DNA of 36,894 nt from the NCBI GenBank assembly GCA_013115125.1, contig JABANN010000345.1, forward strand, positions 1 to 36,894, written 5' to 3'. Below are positions 1 to 12,293 of this stretch, in pieces. The stretch is from Perkinsus olseni. Its lineage: Eukaryota. The position numbers and the translations under genes were made by a program. Under the pieces are notes generated by a model that did not search any database, was not told where the DNA came from, and saw nothing but the letters and a program-made list of their open reading frames with translations. Within the stretch, counting starts at the first letter, position 1. Each line of letters opens with the position of its first letter.

Positions 1-345
1 ACATCTACTCGGACGACAGGCGAGACTATGACAGTTCTGACTCAGAACGTATCAGTGACACTCCTTCCTTTCAGTCCCCTTAATAGTACTTACGGAGGCG
101 CAGAATGTGATGAGCACCCCGAAGAAAACTACTCCGCAGCTGCTGCTGCTGCCGATGCCGAAGCAGATCGGGGCTTAGCCGTGGAGAAGGCAGCAGCATT
201 CTTGTCCCGACAACAACAGTTACTGCTCATTATCGCACTGTGTTGCGTTGACGGAGTTTGTAGTTCTAATCAAGGGCCGAGAGCCTCTAGAGGCGGGGTT
301 GGACCGATAGGACTGATACCTACGAAGGGTGCTACGCATTATGCA

Positions 346-2635
346 ATGCCGCCGCCTTCTCCACCGCCGCCTCCACCTTCGGCTACGGTATGCTTCCGTA
401 ACGATCGGTTCGACGGTAGATGTGTGACCCCTATCGAGTCAACTCCTGGGGCTGAAAGTGGGGATGATGATGCTACAGGGTTCCGGAAAATACTGTAATA
501 TCCTACTGCAGGGTGGTGGTCATAGGCTACATGGCAGGTATGAGCCACAGTCCTACCCTGACAACTACTGCAGTCAGGAGGCCTTCTTGAGCAGCCTGCG
601 TATGAATACTAATTTGAAGAGGTATCGGTATTGGCCCCTGGTTGCTAAGACGGCCTGTATCGCCCAACATCTGTCGGTAGGATAAGCTGTGGTCGAAAGG
701 CTGATAGAGAACGCCATCGCTGCTGTAGGTGATAGCGATATTTGTTATAGTATGGCTGTGGCTTCGAGCGGGAGCAATAGAGCCCCCAGCCCTGCTAGTC
801 GCCGATGTAGCCCTCCTATTATTGGGCTACTCTTGCAGGTAGGGTCGCGGCGTCCTTGCTACAGTCTAGTCTGTTCCCGTTCATCAGATCAGCTCTCCTT
901 CGAGCTGCCGGCGCCCAGCTTGTTGTCTCCAACACGCGGAATCGTAATAAGGGCGGCAAAATCTCGGCGTCTTGCGGCAGCTTCCATTGCGCCTTTCAAG
1001 ATGCTTATTACAAGAACATCCACGGTGGATCGACACGCCATGCAGCAGAGGCAGCCTTCCGCTGCATCCATACGCCGCAGCGGCATCATGGGCTGAAGGT
1101 AGTGATACATGGGACAGTCTTCGTATACGGCAGCGAGCGTCTGACCGCAGGACGATCTACTCTCGCCACTACGCCCCTCTCGACCAGTGAGAACCCCCCA
1201 GAGTGATCAACCTCATTCGAGAAGCGTTCGGCTTCTGTCTGCGCCAGCCGAGAGCCTCCATGTTCGCCAGGAATGCGAAGACCCCGCCGTTGCTGGGGTT
1301 GACGACCTTGGTAGCATTGACGTCGTTGACGTTGTATCATCATTGACATTTCAGGTTCATTGCCAGAGTATTCCCTACTGGAAAACTCTCCTACAATAGT
1401 ATCCGAGGGTATAAGGCTTCGTGAGAGGCTTTGGGAGGACACTAAGTCAGCGCTACACGTATTCGGTAGTAGAAGGGGTTGGCTGGGGACCGAACCCGGA
1501 GTAGAATGGCTGATACAACGAAAATGCTGCCGAGGCCATCTCTGCCACTGAGATCGGTACCAGGTGGAAAGAGCGAGAGGGTGATGCGGGAAAAAGAGCT
1601 TCCAAAAAATACCCGCAGCATTTTCTCATTCGAGATCTTTCATGCTAATTGACCCTAATGGCATTACCCTGTACTGTGAATTACCCTCTACCCAGCGCTG
1701 AACGTGATAGTAGGTGGCGTTGGATACAGCTATGTAGCTGTCTGGCTAAGGTACACTATGGGTGCTGAGTCCGATATTACAGACTCTTACTTCCTCCTGG
1801 AGTGAGGACACTATCATAGCTGTTGCTGTCATCCTACTTGTGGTAGTGGTACTATCACCTCTACCCTTGTCTCCCTTCCGACCAGGCTTGTCAGATTCAT
1901 GCCCTCATACACGACTACGCCTTCGTCTATCGTCCTGTCCCCAGCAGTGCTCTGGTAGTACCCTGAGAGGCTGTCATACCGTTCCCAGAGCTTCCCTACT
2001 CAGATTAGCAAGTCCCTAGCATTACGAAAGGCATGGCTGGTCGACTCAACAGTTGGCCTCAACGCTGCTATGTTTGCCGCCATCATACTTGCATCTAGAC
2101 TACGTAAGATATCCGGGGGACGAGCGGGGATCCCTATCGCACTGTCTAGGTACACCAGACTACGTCTTTGCCTTTGCCTTTTTCGCCATGCTCGCCTTCG
2201 CGTTTGTCCCCTTTGCCTTCAAGTGGGTGTATGACAACAGCCGTAACGTTTATACGAAAGTGAGCGAGGCCACAATGCCCTCTGTGTAGTGCTAACTTTA
2301 TTCGAAGGTTCTCACGCCCGGGATCTGCTTCGTGGCGACACTGGGCCTCTGGATGCACAGCAAGTTCGGTGCGATAGCCTTCCAGGCCCTCATTGCTATG
2401 GTAGGAAAAAGGCGGAGCGAAACACGAATCAGCTGATTTAGTCGTCAGATGTGCTTTGCCTGTCCTTATCTCCTTATAAAGAGCCAGTGCTATAAGACCG
2501 AGATGAGAGGGCCCTGGGATATCGCCATAGTAGGTTCTGCGAGCATCTTCATGACCCCACAGCTTAGTTCAGGTGAAGTCTGGCAGCAGTCGGAAGCAGT
2601 CGACGCCCCACAAGCTTCGGTCTATCAGCGCCTAG
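346..2635 (+). CDS. PIGC: GPI-GlcNAc transferase subunit C (PIG-C/GPI2), multi-exon; start uncertain (ATG 346 or 28)
   Basis: Splicing intron 495-537 gives FRKILYEPQSYPDNY..FLSSLRMN. Later exons give LSPILQTLTSSWSEDTI, HALIHDY, GLNAAMFAAIILASRL and YKTEMRGPWDIA, all hallmark PIG-C motifs. Stop TAG 2633-2635 after a final intron. Confidence 0.9.
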
Positions 2636-2817
2636 TACGTTTACCATTATCAACATTCATCGTGTATTATTGGATGCACCATAGCTGTATCATTAGATGA
2701 GTTTTCTTTGTGGAAGGGAGTGCATTGGGTGCTAGTGGGGAGACATAGCGGGGGCAGCTGGTCATAGAATCTTTGCGGTGCGCTAGCGGTTGAATCTTCT
2801 GTCCTTGCGGCGAATCC

Positions 2818-5800
2818 ATGTCGGCTGCGGTAGTCACGGCAGCTCGCTTGCTTCGAGAGAGGTTCACAGCAGCATCTTCTAGGAGGGTGGCTGGAGGCGT
2901 CCTGGGCCTTTCTACGGCTGTGCTCACCGTACGAGCTACGCGGGGGCAAAGCACCACCAGCAATAGCCAAGGTAATAGGGCAGCTCCTTCTTCGGTGAAG
3001 GGCGATGTGGGGAATTCGATATGAAGCGCGGATGAATTACGTAGGGCTTTAAGAGCAGTGGCATCGCCTTAGGGCTGGCTGCTAGTTCGGGCGTCTCTCA
3101 GTTGCATTCTGCGAGTCGGCTCGTCAGTCCGTGAAGACAGGGGGCTTCAAACGCCCCGGCCCACCCTTAGAAGAGCTAGTCTTGACCCCGCCGGATCCAG
3201 TGTTCTCGTTGGCCCCTGTGAACCCTAGCGGGAGCCGCTTCTTCATTGAGTACGGTCGGCGGACGTCTTTCGTAAGTAGGGCTTCGCGAGGGTAGTACCT
3301 GTCGGAGCGTCTCGGCACTATATGGCAGCTGCTGCTACTATTGAATCTCTCTCCTCCGACAGAAGGGGTATCCTCGACATCCCTCTTGCCCTAGACAACC
3401 CTAGCCGACGTTTGCATCGAGGCCAACACCAAGCATAGGCTTGGTGGTCTAGACTTCGACGCTGCCACGCGGATGCCAACCTCCCTCACTTGGTACGATT
3501 GGATCGGCCCTGAGATCAAGTGCCTGGATGACGATGACGACACCACCAACGGTACCTCCCGTCCTCAGCAGGCCTGTCCTTCCAGTGCTGTATTGCTCAG
3601 CTCCCACTATAATATCGGGCTTGCCGTCTGGTGAGGGTATCAAGTATGCCTTCGTGAAGTGGTCTGCTCGAGGGGACAGACTGGCCATTACAGTGAGAGG
3701 TGCCTTCACTCGCGGCTTATTGTTAGCGCTACTCCCGTTCTGCATCAGATGATGCCTCTTCTACGACAAGCCTTTACATTATCGATGCCCTCAAGGGCCA
3801 AGCTGTGGGTTCTTCCGCCACTTCGCCGTTCGGAAACCATAATTCTCACCTCGTCATCAGAGTCGTGTAGCCGAGGGCCTCCGTCTTAACGCTGTAACGG
3901 GAGCATGCCCGTACCTATGGTCATCTGATGGGGATCAGCTGCTCTTGTGGTGTGTCCCGGAGGCCAACATGAGAGATATCGACAGCAAAATAGACCGACT
4001 GTAAGGGTGCCTCGTCTTGCCTCGGCGGATGGTAGCTTTGGTGTGGTACTCTCATCTCTGCACCGTGCAGACTGTACAATTTGGTATGCCAAGAGTCTTT
4101 AGAGGCCGGTGGCAGGTTCACGCCACCAGAGGGACCAGTGACCGAAGAGTGTCAGGGGAAGAAGCAGGAAACGCGCACATACGCAAGTAGAAGGCGAGAG
4201 GGTCGTTGTCGATTATGATAGCTCTAGATACCTTGAAGTCTCCGTATGATGATAAGCTCTTCGAGTACTACACACAGACTCAGATGTAAGCCTGCTGGCT
4301 GCATTAGAGGGCTCGGCCTTCATCGAGGGGACTGGTTCCTCTCATCGTGGCAGCTCTGATGTCACCATCGGGCGCAGCCTCTCCCGAGTGGGCAGGTACA
4401 TCCACACTGTAGCTAGCGGGCAGACTAGAAAGCTGGGCAGCCCATCAATGATATGCGATACCTCATTTTCCCCGGATAATTGCTTTGTGAGACCCCGTGC
4501 CACGGCAAGCTTAGCCCACCGTTCGCCCATCAGTTGCTTGTGACGGAGATCACTGGCCCTCCCTTTAGCCGTAGGCTACCCAGGTCGTGGCCCCCCCCCT
4601 GATCATCTCTCTCAGGATCGTTGCTGATGTCTCGCTTTGGACGGCAGTTCAGCGTATTATCACTAGCGTCGGAGGGGGATGAGGGGCCACAGTACTTTCC
4701 TCTGCACCGGCGGCCCGCCCAGGAGGATCGGCCCAATCGCTTTGACGCCTGCCCTCCTGGTCCACGAGGCTTTCGCTGGGTAAGGTTAGAGAAGGTGCAT
4801 CCTCGGTCCAGCCTATTGTGCCTGTTGGTGTAGCTACCCGTTAAGCCCCATTCCCTCGTTTTTGTCGTGGCTGACGGTGACAATGGGGACCCCAGATGTA
4901 AGGGCCCAACCCTCCCGGTCTTCCGGGCTGACGCTGTTGTGGTAGCTAAGGGAGTTAGCCATCGAGACACGGCTATGGTGGTGCAGGAGGCCCCTTGGGA
5001 TCTCCAACAGGCATCAGTACTCTTTCGAAGTGAGATGAGTAAGAGCCGTCAGAAGTCGGCATGAGGCGTGTATCGAGGGCTCCTTCCGGTCCACATATGG
5101 GTGCTGGTCAGAGGCTTCTGCCAGGAGCCGAGCTGCCGACTAAATCCTACTATGTATTGTCGGACGGCATTCCTGTCAGGGATGCACAACCGTATGCGGT
5201 TCACGAGTGATGGGGACATAGTATGGACTGAGTGGAGGTTCAAGGACAAGAGTCATCGGGTGTGGATGCGCCCGCATGGTATTCAGCCCTCTGTCGAGGC
5301 CGCCACGGGAGTGGACGATTTCGCACTGCCTCGGAATGAGACGACTGAGGTAGACGAGGACCCAGCAGCCTTTCGCCGGCTACTGAGGCCCCCCAGGTAA
5401 AGTTGAATCCTGCTAATGGCTGTTTGTTGCTGCATAGTGGGAAGTACGATGATGCCTACACCAGCATGGGCGACTTTCAGACGGTTCGGGGCGGGCCCTT
5501 CAATAGAGTGGTAGTGCCGGTGATGCTACTAAGACACAGCACAGGGCTGATGCCAGGTGCTGCAGCAAGTCAACGATGGTAGCTTGGTCCTCTTCGGCGA
5601 TGGCGCCTCCGACGTCGGCCTCCGTCCCTTCGTCGACTCAGTTCGCATACAGTTGTCTGGTGACAGGTTAGCTTTATCTGGGGTCTTCCGGCTTCAGATT
5701 GAAATCAGGACTGCGGCTAGCGTGTGCCATAGAAGGCTGTGGCGATGCTGTCTGGGCGAAGACGTCGAAGAGGATGCCGTGGACACTCAGTAGCCATTGG

Positions 5801-7342
5801 TGGATTCTGGCGCAGGTTGCCTGCATTGGAGATTAGGAGTGAGGTTGAAAGTCAGCCGATACCGCCGCGTGGAGACTACCTCGAACAGCCCATTCGCCTG
5901 CTGGGCGACGGTGGCCAACGCCTCCTTCTCGCTAGAGAGAGCATAGCTCAGCCGCGAGAGGTGGGCAGGGGGGCGTGCTCAGCCTGGGATCAGTGCCCGC
6001 TACAGAGGTTCCTGAGGGACATGGTTAATGGGAGAGAAAAGCCTGTGACGGTTAACAAGGACCCGAGGGCCAAGCAAGCGCCGCTCTTCGACAACTTAGT
6101 CGAGAAAAAGGTGAACGCATAGGGCTCTTCTGCTACATCCGGCATTGATACTATTGCTGGCGGGAGCGTCTTGAACAGGTCCTCCACTACAAGCGGGAAG
6201 ATGGTGTGGACTTGACAGCTACTTTATACCTCCCCAAGAAGGCGGCTACGGAGGGTCGCCCTCCTCCTTGCATCGTTTGGGCCTATCCAGAATCGTACAG
6301 TGGTGGACGCCCTTTTGCCACTGTGGCCGGGGCATGCTTGCTAGGTACTCATCGGGGAAGTCAGCAGGCCAGGTGAGGGTCTCGAAGTATCAGTTCAAGC
6401 GGGCCACTTGGGGGAGGCCATTGATGTGGATAAGCAAGGGATGGGCTGTAGGAAGCTCCATCGGCGTCGCGTGCTCGCACTCACCGCCACGAAGGTGCTT
6501 GACAAGCCGTCCATGCCTATCATAGGCGATGGCGATACTGCCAACGACACGTTTATAGAGCAGCTCGTGATGAACGGCGAGGCTGCGGTAGTGGGATTAG
6601 GTCGCTTCCTTGAAGGCTTAGCCCGCTGATCAATAGGTGGCAGCAGCAACAGCCAACGGAGTGGACCCGTCCAGGATAGCAGTGGGAGGCCACTCATACG
6701 GAGGCTTTATGACTGGTGCGACACAGTGACACAGCGGAGCGAAGCAATCGGCGAGATTTTATTCTCAGCCAACCTCATTGCACACAGTCGTCCCGGCCTC
6801 TTCCGGGCTGGCATCGGGAGGTCTGGAGGTTACAATAGGAGTCTTACGCCTTTTGGTTTCCAAAGGGAGGAGAGGAATTACTGGGATGCAACGGAGGTGT
6901 AGGCTCATGGAACGCCTACAGCCATATCATACCACCTTTCCAACAAATCGTGTCGAGGTATAACAACATGTCGCCCTTCACTTGGGCGAACCGGATAGCC
7001 GCGAACAAGACTGCCCCTCTACTGCTAATACACGGCCAGGACGATGCGAATTCGGGCACAGCGCCACTCCAGTCCGAAAGGCTCTTTGGAGCGATCAAGG
7101 GCCTCGGGGGCGTAGCAAGGCTATGCATGCTGCCGAAGGAGGGCCACCACTACAAGACGATAGAAGGAGTCATGCACGCTACGTGGGAGATGGATCAGTA
7201 AGTCATTGAGGTCTCTGTAGGTCCGCCATTGCATAGCAGGTGGCTGGAGCGCTATGTGCTTAACGCCGAACCTCTTCTCCCTGAGGAGGAATCACCCATG
7301 ACGGAGGCCCCTCGAGCGACTGTTGAGCAGCCGAAGTTGTGA
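2818..7342 (+). CDS. S9 family serine peptidase, glutamyl endopeptidase (S9D/cGEP)-like, multi-exon
   Basis: Nucleophile motif AVGGHSYGGFMT (GHSYG 6688-6702), then RSGGYNRSLTPFGFQREERNYWDA, PLLLIHGQDDANSGT and MLPKEGHHY. Ends WLERYV...EQPKL* (TGA 7340-7342). The N-terminus is Arg/Ala/Ser-rich. Confidence 0.9.
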
Positions 7343-7471
7343 CTTACATGCTCACTCTGAATTTAATAGCATTTTGTCTACCATAGTGTTTCACGGACGT
7401 GCTTTTGTTGTTGCGCATGAGTATCGCTAACTTCGATCATGAGTCCCGACGGGTAGCCCGACTCCCTCAGC

Positions 7472-8595
7472 ATGCCTACGAGCGTCAGTGCACTGAAGTA
7501 CCTGCCCTTCTTGGAGAAGGCGATGAGGACGAAGCTGAGGAATCGGAACACTAAGATTCGACCGAAGGAGTTTTTGAAGGTAAGCCGCCTGACCAGAGGG
7601 AATGGGGCGCCCTCGAGTCCCCGGAGCAGGTGGGCAAGGAGCCGTCGATGCCCAAGGAGGTGAAGAATAAGGAACCTGAGCACATCAACATGACCAAAAT
7701 ATTCAACATCAAGCCCGGAGATCTGGTCCAGGTTAGTCCCCTAGCAGGGTCGAGTAATCGAGTGGGGTCCGTTGAGGTCCTGTACGGTCGGGATGCCGGC
7801 AAGCATGGCGTCATACGACATGTGCTGTGGCAGAAGAACCAAGTTATAGTCACGGGCTGCAACATGGTGGGCCCCCTCGCGGCGCCTCCACTGTCTTACT
7901 GTCCCTTCAGGTGAGGTCCTTCTGGCGACCGCTCCCCTCCAATACAATGAAGCGTGATGTGCTGCCGAAGGGGGCTCGGAAACCCTCGAACATCGTCACA
8001 GTAGAGGCCCCCATCCATATAACCAATGTTGCTCCGGTGGACCCTGTGACTAAGTAGCCGACCCTCTCTAGTGCCCCTATGCTAAGAACGATATCTGACT
8101 ATCTGTCGAGCTTCCTGTTGTACTGCCTGTAGGAAGCCTACTCGAATAAAGCGTCGGTACTCTATGTTCGGGGAGTGCGTTCGGATATCCAAAGTAGGGC
8201 CAGGCCAACAGTTCGGCCGTTGTCTGATTCGGCATGCCGTAGGTCTCCATGTGTGCGATGCCCGAGCCCATCACGAGGGAAGAGCAGGAGTGTGAGAGCG
8301 ACAAGCTTTACAAGCGTAGGTCAACGCGGACGGAAAAGTTGGTATGGACCGTGTGTGTCAGTGGCCAAGGCACAGCAGAAGGAAATACTCAAGGGGGCTC
8401 CAATGAGAGAAAAATATGCGTAAGCCGGGGCTTATTTATCGGGAGTGTCGGATACATATAATGCGCAGGGTTCGTGATAAAAAGCATTATGAGATGCTTC
8501 TTCGAGTGGCCAACAGGCTCCGAGTGCCTCCTGGCAGCAGGTGGGGGAACCGACGCCGCCAACATGAGGAGGACGATGATCGTGTTCACGTTTGA
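7472..8595 (+). CDS. MRPL24: Organellar (probably mitochondrial) ribosomal protein uL24, multi-exon
   Basis: KOW-type segment IKPGDLVQVLYGRDAGKHGVI...VIVTGCNM, then EAPIHITNVAPVDPVTK and KPTRIKRRYSMFGECVRISK. The last exon is inferred; stop TGA 8593-8595. Confidence 0.85.
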
Positions 8596-8608
8596 CCGAT
8601 GTGCCATC

Positions 8609-11600
8609 ATGAGTTTCAGTGTTTTTGATTCGCTGTTAGCTTCTGCGTTTATGATTGGAACTGCCTAATTTTGGTTCCTATCAGTGTCGCCAAGATAACT
8701 ATTTGGTCCCCTTGCCAAGGATAGAGGCCTCCTCATCCTTTCCCTCCTCTACAGTGGCGGCAGCAGTGCCTCCCTCTGGTGGACCTCGTCTGGCTTCCTT
8801 CGGTATCGCTGCCAAGACCCTCTCCAACCCTACAGTCACCCAAGAGGTGTCCGTCGTCCCAACGAGCGTCTCTACGGCAGCCACATCATCAGCCTCCAGC
8901 ATCGGCAGCGCCCCCTTGCAACTAGCCGTTGTTGGCAATGGTCAGTCGTCACTCTCAGCCCGTCACTTGAACTCTGTAAATAGTGCATGCCTCAGGCACT
9001 TACGGAGCCCTCATTGATAGGCGTAGTAGAGTCGTATGGTGCTGTATGGACAGGTGATGCAGCAGACCATCGCCGCTCTGTTGTGCCAGTATCATGGGCT
9101 GCAGGTTTGATGGTGATCCGATCTTCAACTCCCTCCTCAATAACGATAGTGAGGAGTCTGGCTTCTTCGATGTCGTTTTACAAGGTCAGGTCCGCTCCGA
9201 ACAGAAGTAATGGCAGTTCATACCGTTCCAGCTTCGCCACTAACTACCCCCTAGGTACATCCCCAACACAGCCATTCTGGTCACGACGCTGAGCAGCAAG
9301 AACAATGACGTCGTACAGGTGCCATTCCCTGGTCCTCTTTCCTCCCCAGACGCAGCCTCCTCAGGTCAAAGATTTCGCCCCCAAGTTTGTGCACTACGAC
9401 AGAATGTTCCGACCGTTTCAGCTCTTTCGCGTTATAACGAGGATCCGCGGGGACCCCATGATAACCGTACTAGCAGTCGGTGGAGGCATCCCCCCACCCC
9501 CTTACAGGTTCGAGTCCGCCCCACCTTCAACTACAACTCTACCGATGGTTACCAGACACGCGGCAGCCACCACATACGTTTTTGTGGCCCCACTGATACG
9601 TGGCGGATGACCTCTAACGCCAGCATCAGGGTGAGGGCCATCTTTCCTTCTTGCTGCTCGTGTCTCTCTTGGCTCATACTCGCTCCTCCGTCAGACCATG
9701 ATCGAGGAGGTCCCATTCCTAGTCCACGACCCGGTCTATATAGTATTCGGCCAGGACGAGTCCTTCGCCAACTCTCTCACTCAAGTAACCCTTCTTCCCT
9801 ATGGCCCGCATTGGTAGCCTAGGTCGACTCAGGTGTGTAAGGAGTTTGAGGATAAGACTCTAAAGTATTGGAAGCAATGGTGTATGAACCTGGTCCTCCC
9901 AGTTGACTATCAAGACATACTAGCCAGGTGAGACCCCTCAGAGCCAGCGGCGTCAGTATTCGTGCCACCAGGTCTGCAATAACCCTGTCGCTGCTCCAAA
10001 GTCATGAGTGTGGGGGTCTTGTGTCTAGTCTGACAACTGGGATACCGCTAGGTGGGTCGTTGCGAAGCGTGCTTCAGCTCTTCACTCTGTTCGTGGCAGG
10101 TCCCTCTTCGCCGCCAACACGGGACGAACGAGCGTGTCGTATACTGGACATCTGCATGAGCTTGCCGGTACCACCGCCGTTATGCTAGACCCAACGTGAG
10201 CGCCTCTCCCTTTAGGTGCTCCGTCAGTTCGGCCTCTTCACCATGGTGAGGCGGTTCCTGGAGTATGTGAAGAACCTTTGCTTCAGTAGCGGCATGAATG
10301 TGCGGCCTGTTTACAGTAATCACCCCAATCATCTTTATTCCCTTCGTACCATCAACGTCCGTTAGGTCTCATCGGGGATTCCGACGTCCCGGGAGAGCGT
10401 GTGATATACCTAGCGGGGTGAGTCCTAGTGCCAACTGAAGCTACTGCTCTCATGTGTGCTCCTCCCAGTTACCAAGGCGTTGGAGAGGTGGTCGTCGGCG
10501 GGGTTGGAGAGGGTTACGCTAGGCAGGGTCCTAGCGGCGACCCCCGCGCTAATATAAACGACCCTAATATCCCGATGTGAGTCCAGTTACTGCTGAGACA
10601 GAAGGGCATGGCGAGAGTGTAGGTACGGCCTCTTCTGTATCGCCCTCGCCCATGGCTTCTTCGATGTGCGCCTCAAGGACATCTGCAGTCCCAAAGTCTT
10701 CGACCGACTGGAGAAATTCGGTGACTCGACTGATGATTCTAGTACTCCGCCATGTACTACAGTATTACAGGGACCAAGGCTGTTGAGGCCTTCCAGATGT
10801 TCGTCACTTACACCCATGCTCCACCACCGCCACCTGCTGGGGAGGAGGAGTGGCCGAGCTACAAGGACGGGTAAAGGCCATCATCGTCACGACCGACGAG
10901 TCGAAGGCGTATTTTCAGTCCATCCCCGGGCCTCTCCTTCGACGACGACCTCCGGTTTTTAACATTAGCGGAGGATGATGATGACGACTCGGGAGGGTAC
11001 AATGACGTGGACGGGGCCGATAGGGAATGGTAGAGGGCACCCCTCCCTCTCCTTTATCTCCCAAGTTCTCCCACTCAGGGCGCATCAGCAGGGCCTCAGC
11101 GATGACTCCCGAGACTCCTACGGCCGCCCTCGTGTCCACACATTCACCTCGGTACACCTACGGATGGTTCTCGCACTTCGTCCAGTCCTCGTTGTGTTAA
11201 TACTCTGTCCTCTTCCCCCCCCTCAGGTCCTGTGCTGGGCTGCCTGTGACAGACTGCAACGTGTGGCCGAGCATCTCCACTGGGTTGAGAAGAGCAAGAT
11301 GTGGGGGTAATTTACCGGCGATAGCGTCTTCGTGATCGGCACTCTACCGTGTCCTCCTCAGTGCTTATGCTCGCCATCTCCTCAACGAGATCTGGAAGCA
11401 CGCCTGGAACAGGAAGCGACAGGTGAGTCTACCACCGCTCCAGCGGCAGTTGCCCCTACTCCTCCTCAACGACAGGCTCTTACAGCCTACTGGGGCGGTG
11501 AGCGAGTTGGGCCCAGCATCCTCCGTTTGGCCGAGATCGGCTTCGTATCATCCACGGATTGGAGGTAGTCAGACATAAGACACCGGCCGCCACCAAGTTG

Positions 11601-12160
11601 GGCACTTGCCAGGTTCGCCTCGAGTGTTGTAGCGTTCGAGCAAGATGCTCCGCTGTACTGCTGCAGCAAGGGCGCTATGAACCGCCCATCGGAGGAAAAG
11701 AAGCGATCGACACCACATGAGCTGTAAGTAGACGGGACTAGGTTGGGCCCTACCTTCTTCATTCCACCATGCAGTGAGTTTACTACTGCATCACGACTGT
11801 GCTGTAGTGACTCGAGAACTCACTCCCACCTTCAGAGGCAACGCCCTGCTGTCGTCCCCCTCTGCCACTTACCTAACGTCCACTCTGCTGTGGTATGCCG
11901 AGGCCTTGAGGAGCACTGGCCGAGATAGCGACGCTCGAACTATATTTCACGTAAGCTCCCCCGTGTCCTATCAGCCTTCCCGATGAATCGGCCTCGCCCC
12001 TTCTCAGTCCCTATGTGCTGCTTCTACTGAGTGTGGGCTGCTCTCTGAATCCATCGACCTTCAAAACTGTACCTTGTGGGGTAACTTCCCCAGCTTACCC
12101 GCGATACTCGGCTTCGTTCGTCTGGGCTGGAGGCTTTCTCGATCCTGGCGTAGCATCTAG
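8609..12160 (+). CDS. Glycoside hydrolase family 15 (bacterial trehalase/glucoamylase-like) protein with degenerate active site, many exons; start uncertain
   Basis: Spliced translation, collinear with bacterial GH15 trehalase-like proteins from end to end: LAVVGNGTYGALIDRRSRVVWCCMDRFDGDPIFNSLL; YIPNTAILVTTL; VKDFAPKF; RSAITLSLLQSHECGGLVSSLTTGIP; LAGYQGVGEV; YGLFCIALAHGFFDVRL; VHTFTSVLCWAACDRL; SILRLAEIGFV; LLWYAEALRSTGR; GLLSESIDLQNCTLWGNFP...RLSRSWRSI* (TAG 12158-12160). Confidence 0.85.
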
Positions 12161-12293
12161 TCGGCGACCCATTCAAGTACTCGACATCGTGTTTTATCAT
12201 CAATAGTATTGCGTTGGTATAGCTCACTAGGGTGGTTAATCACAGTACTAGTCAACAACCTAGTTTGTTTTAAGCAACCTAGAAGTCCGTTAA

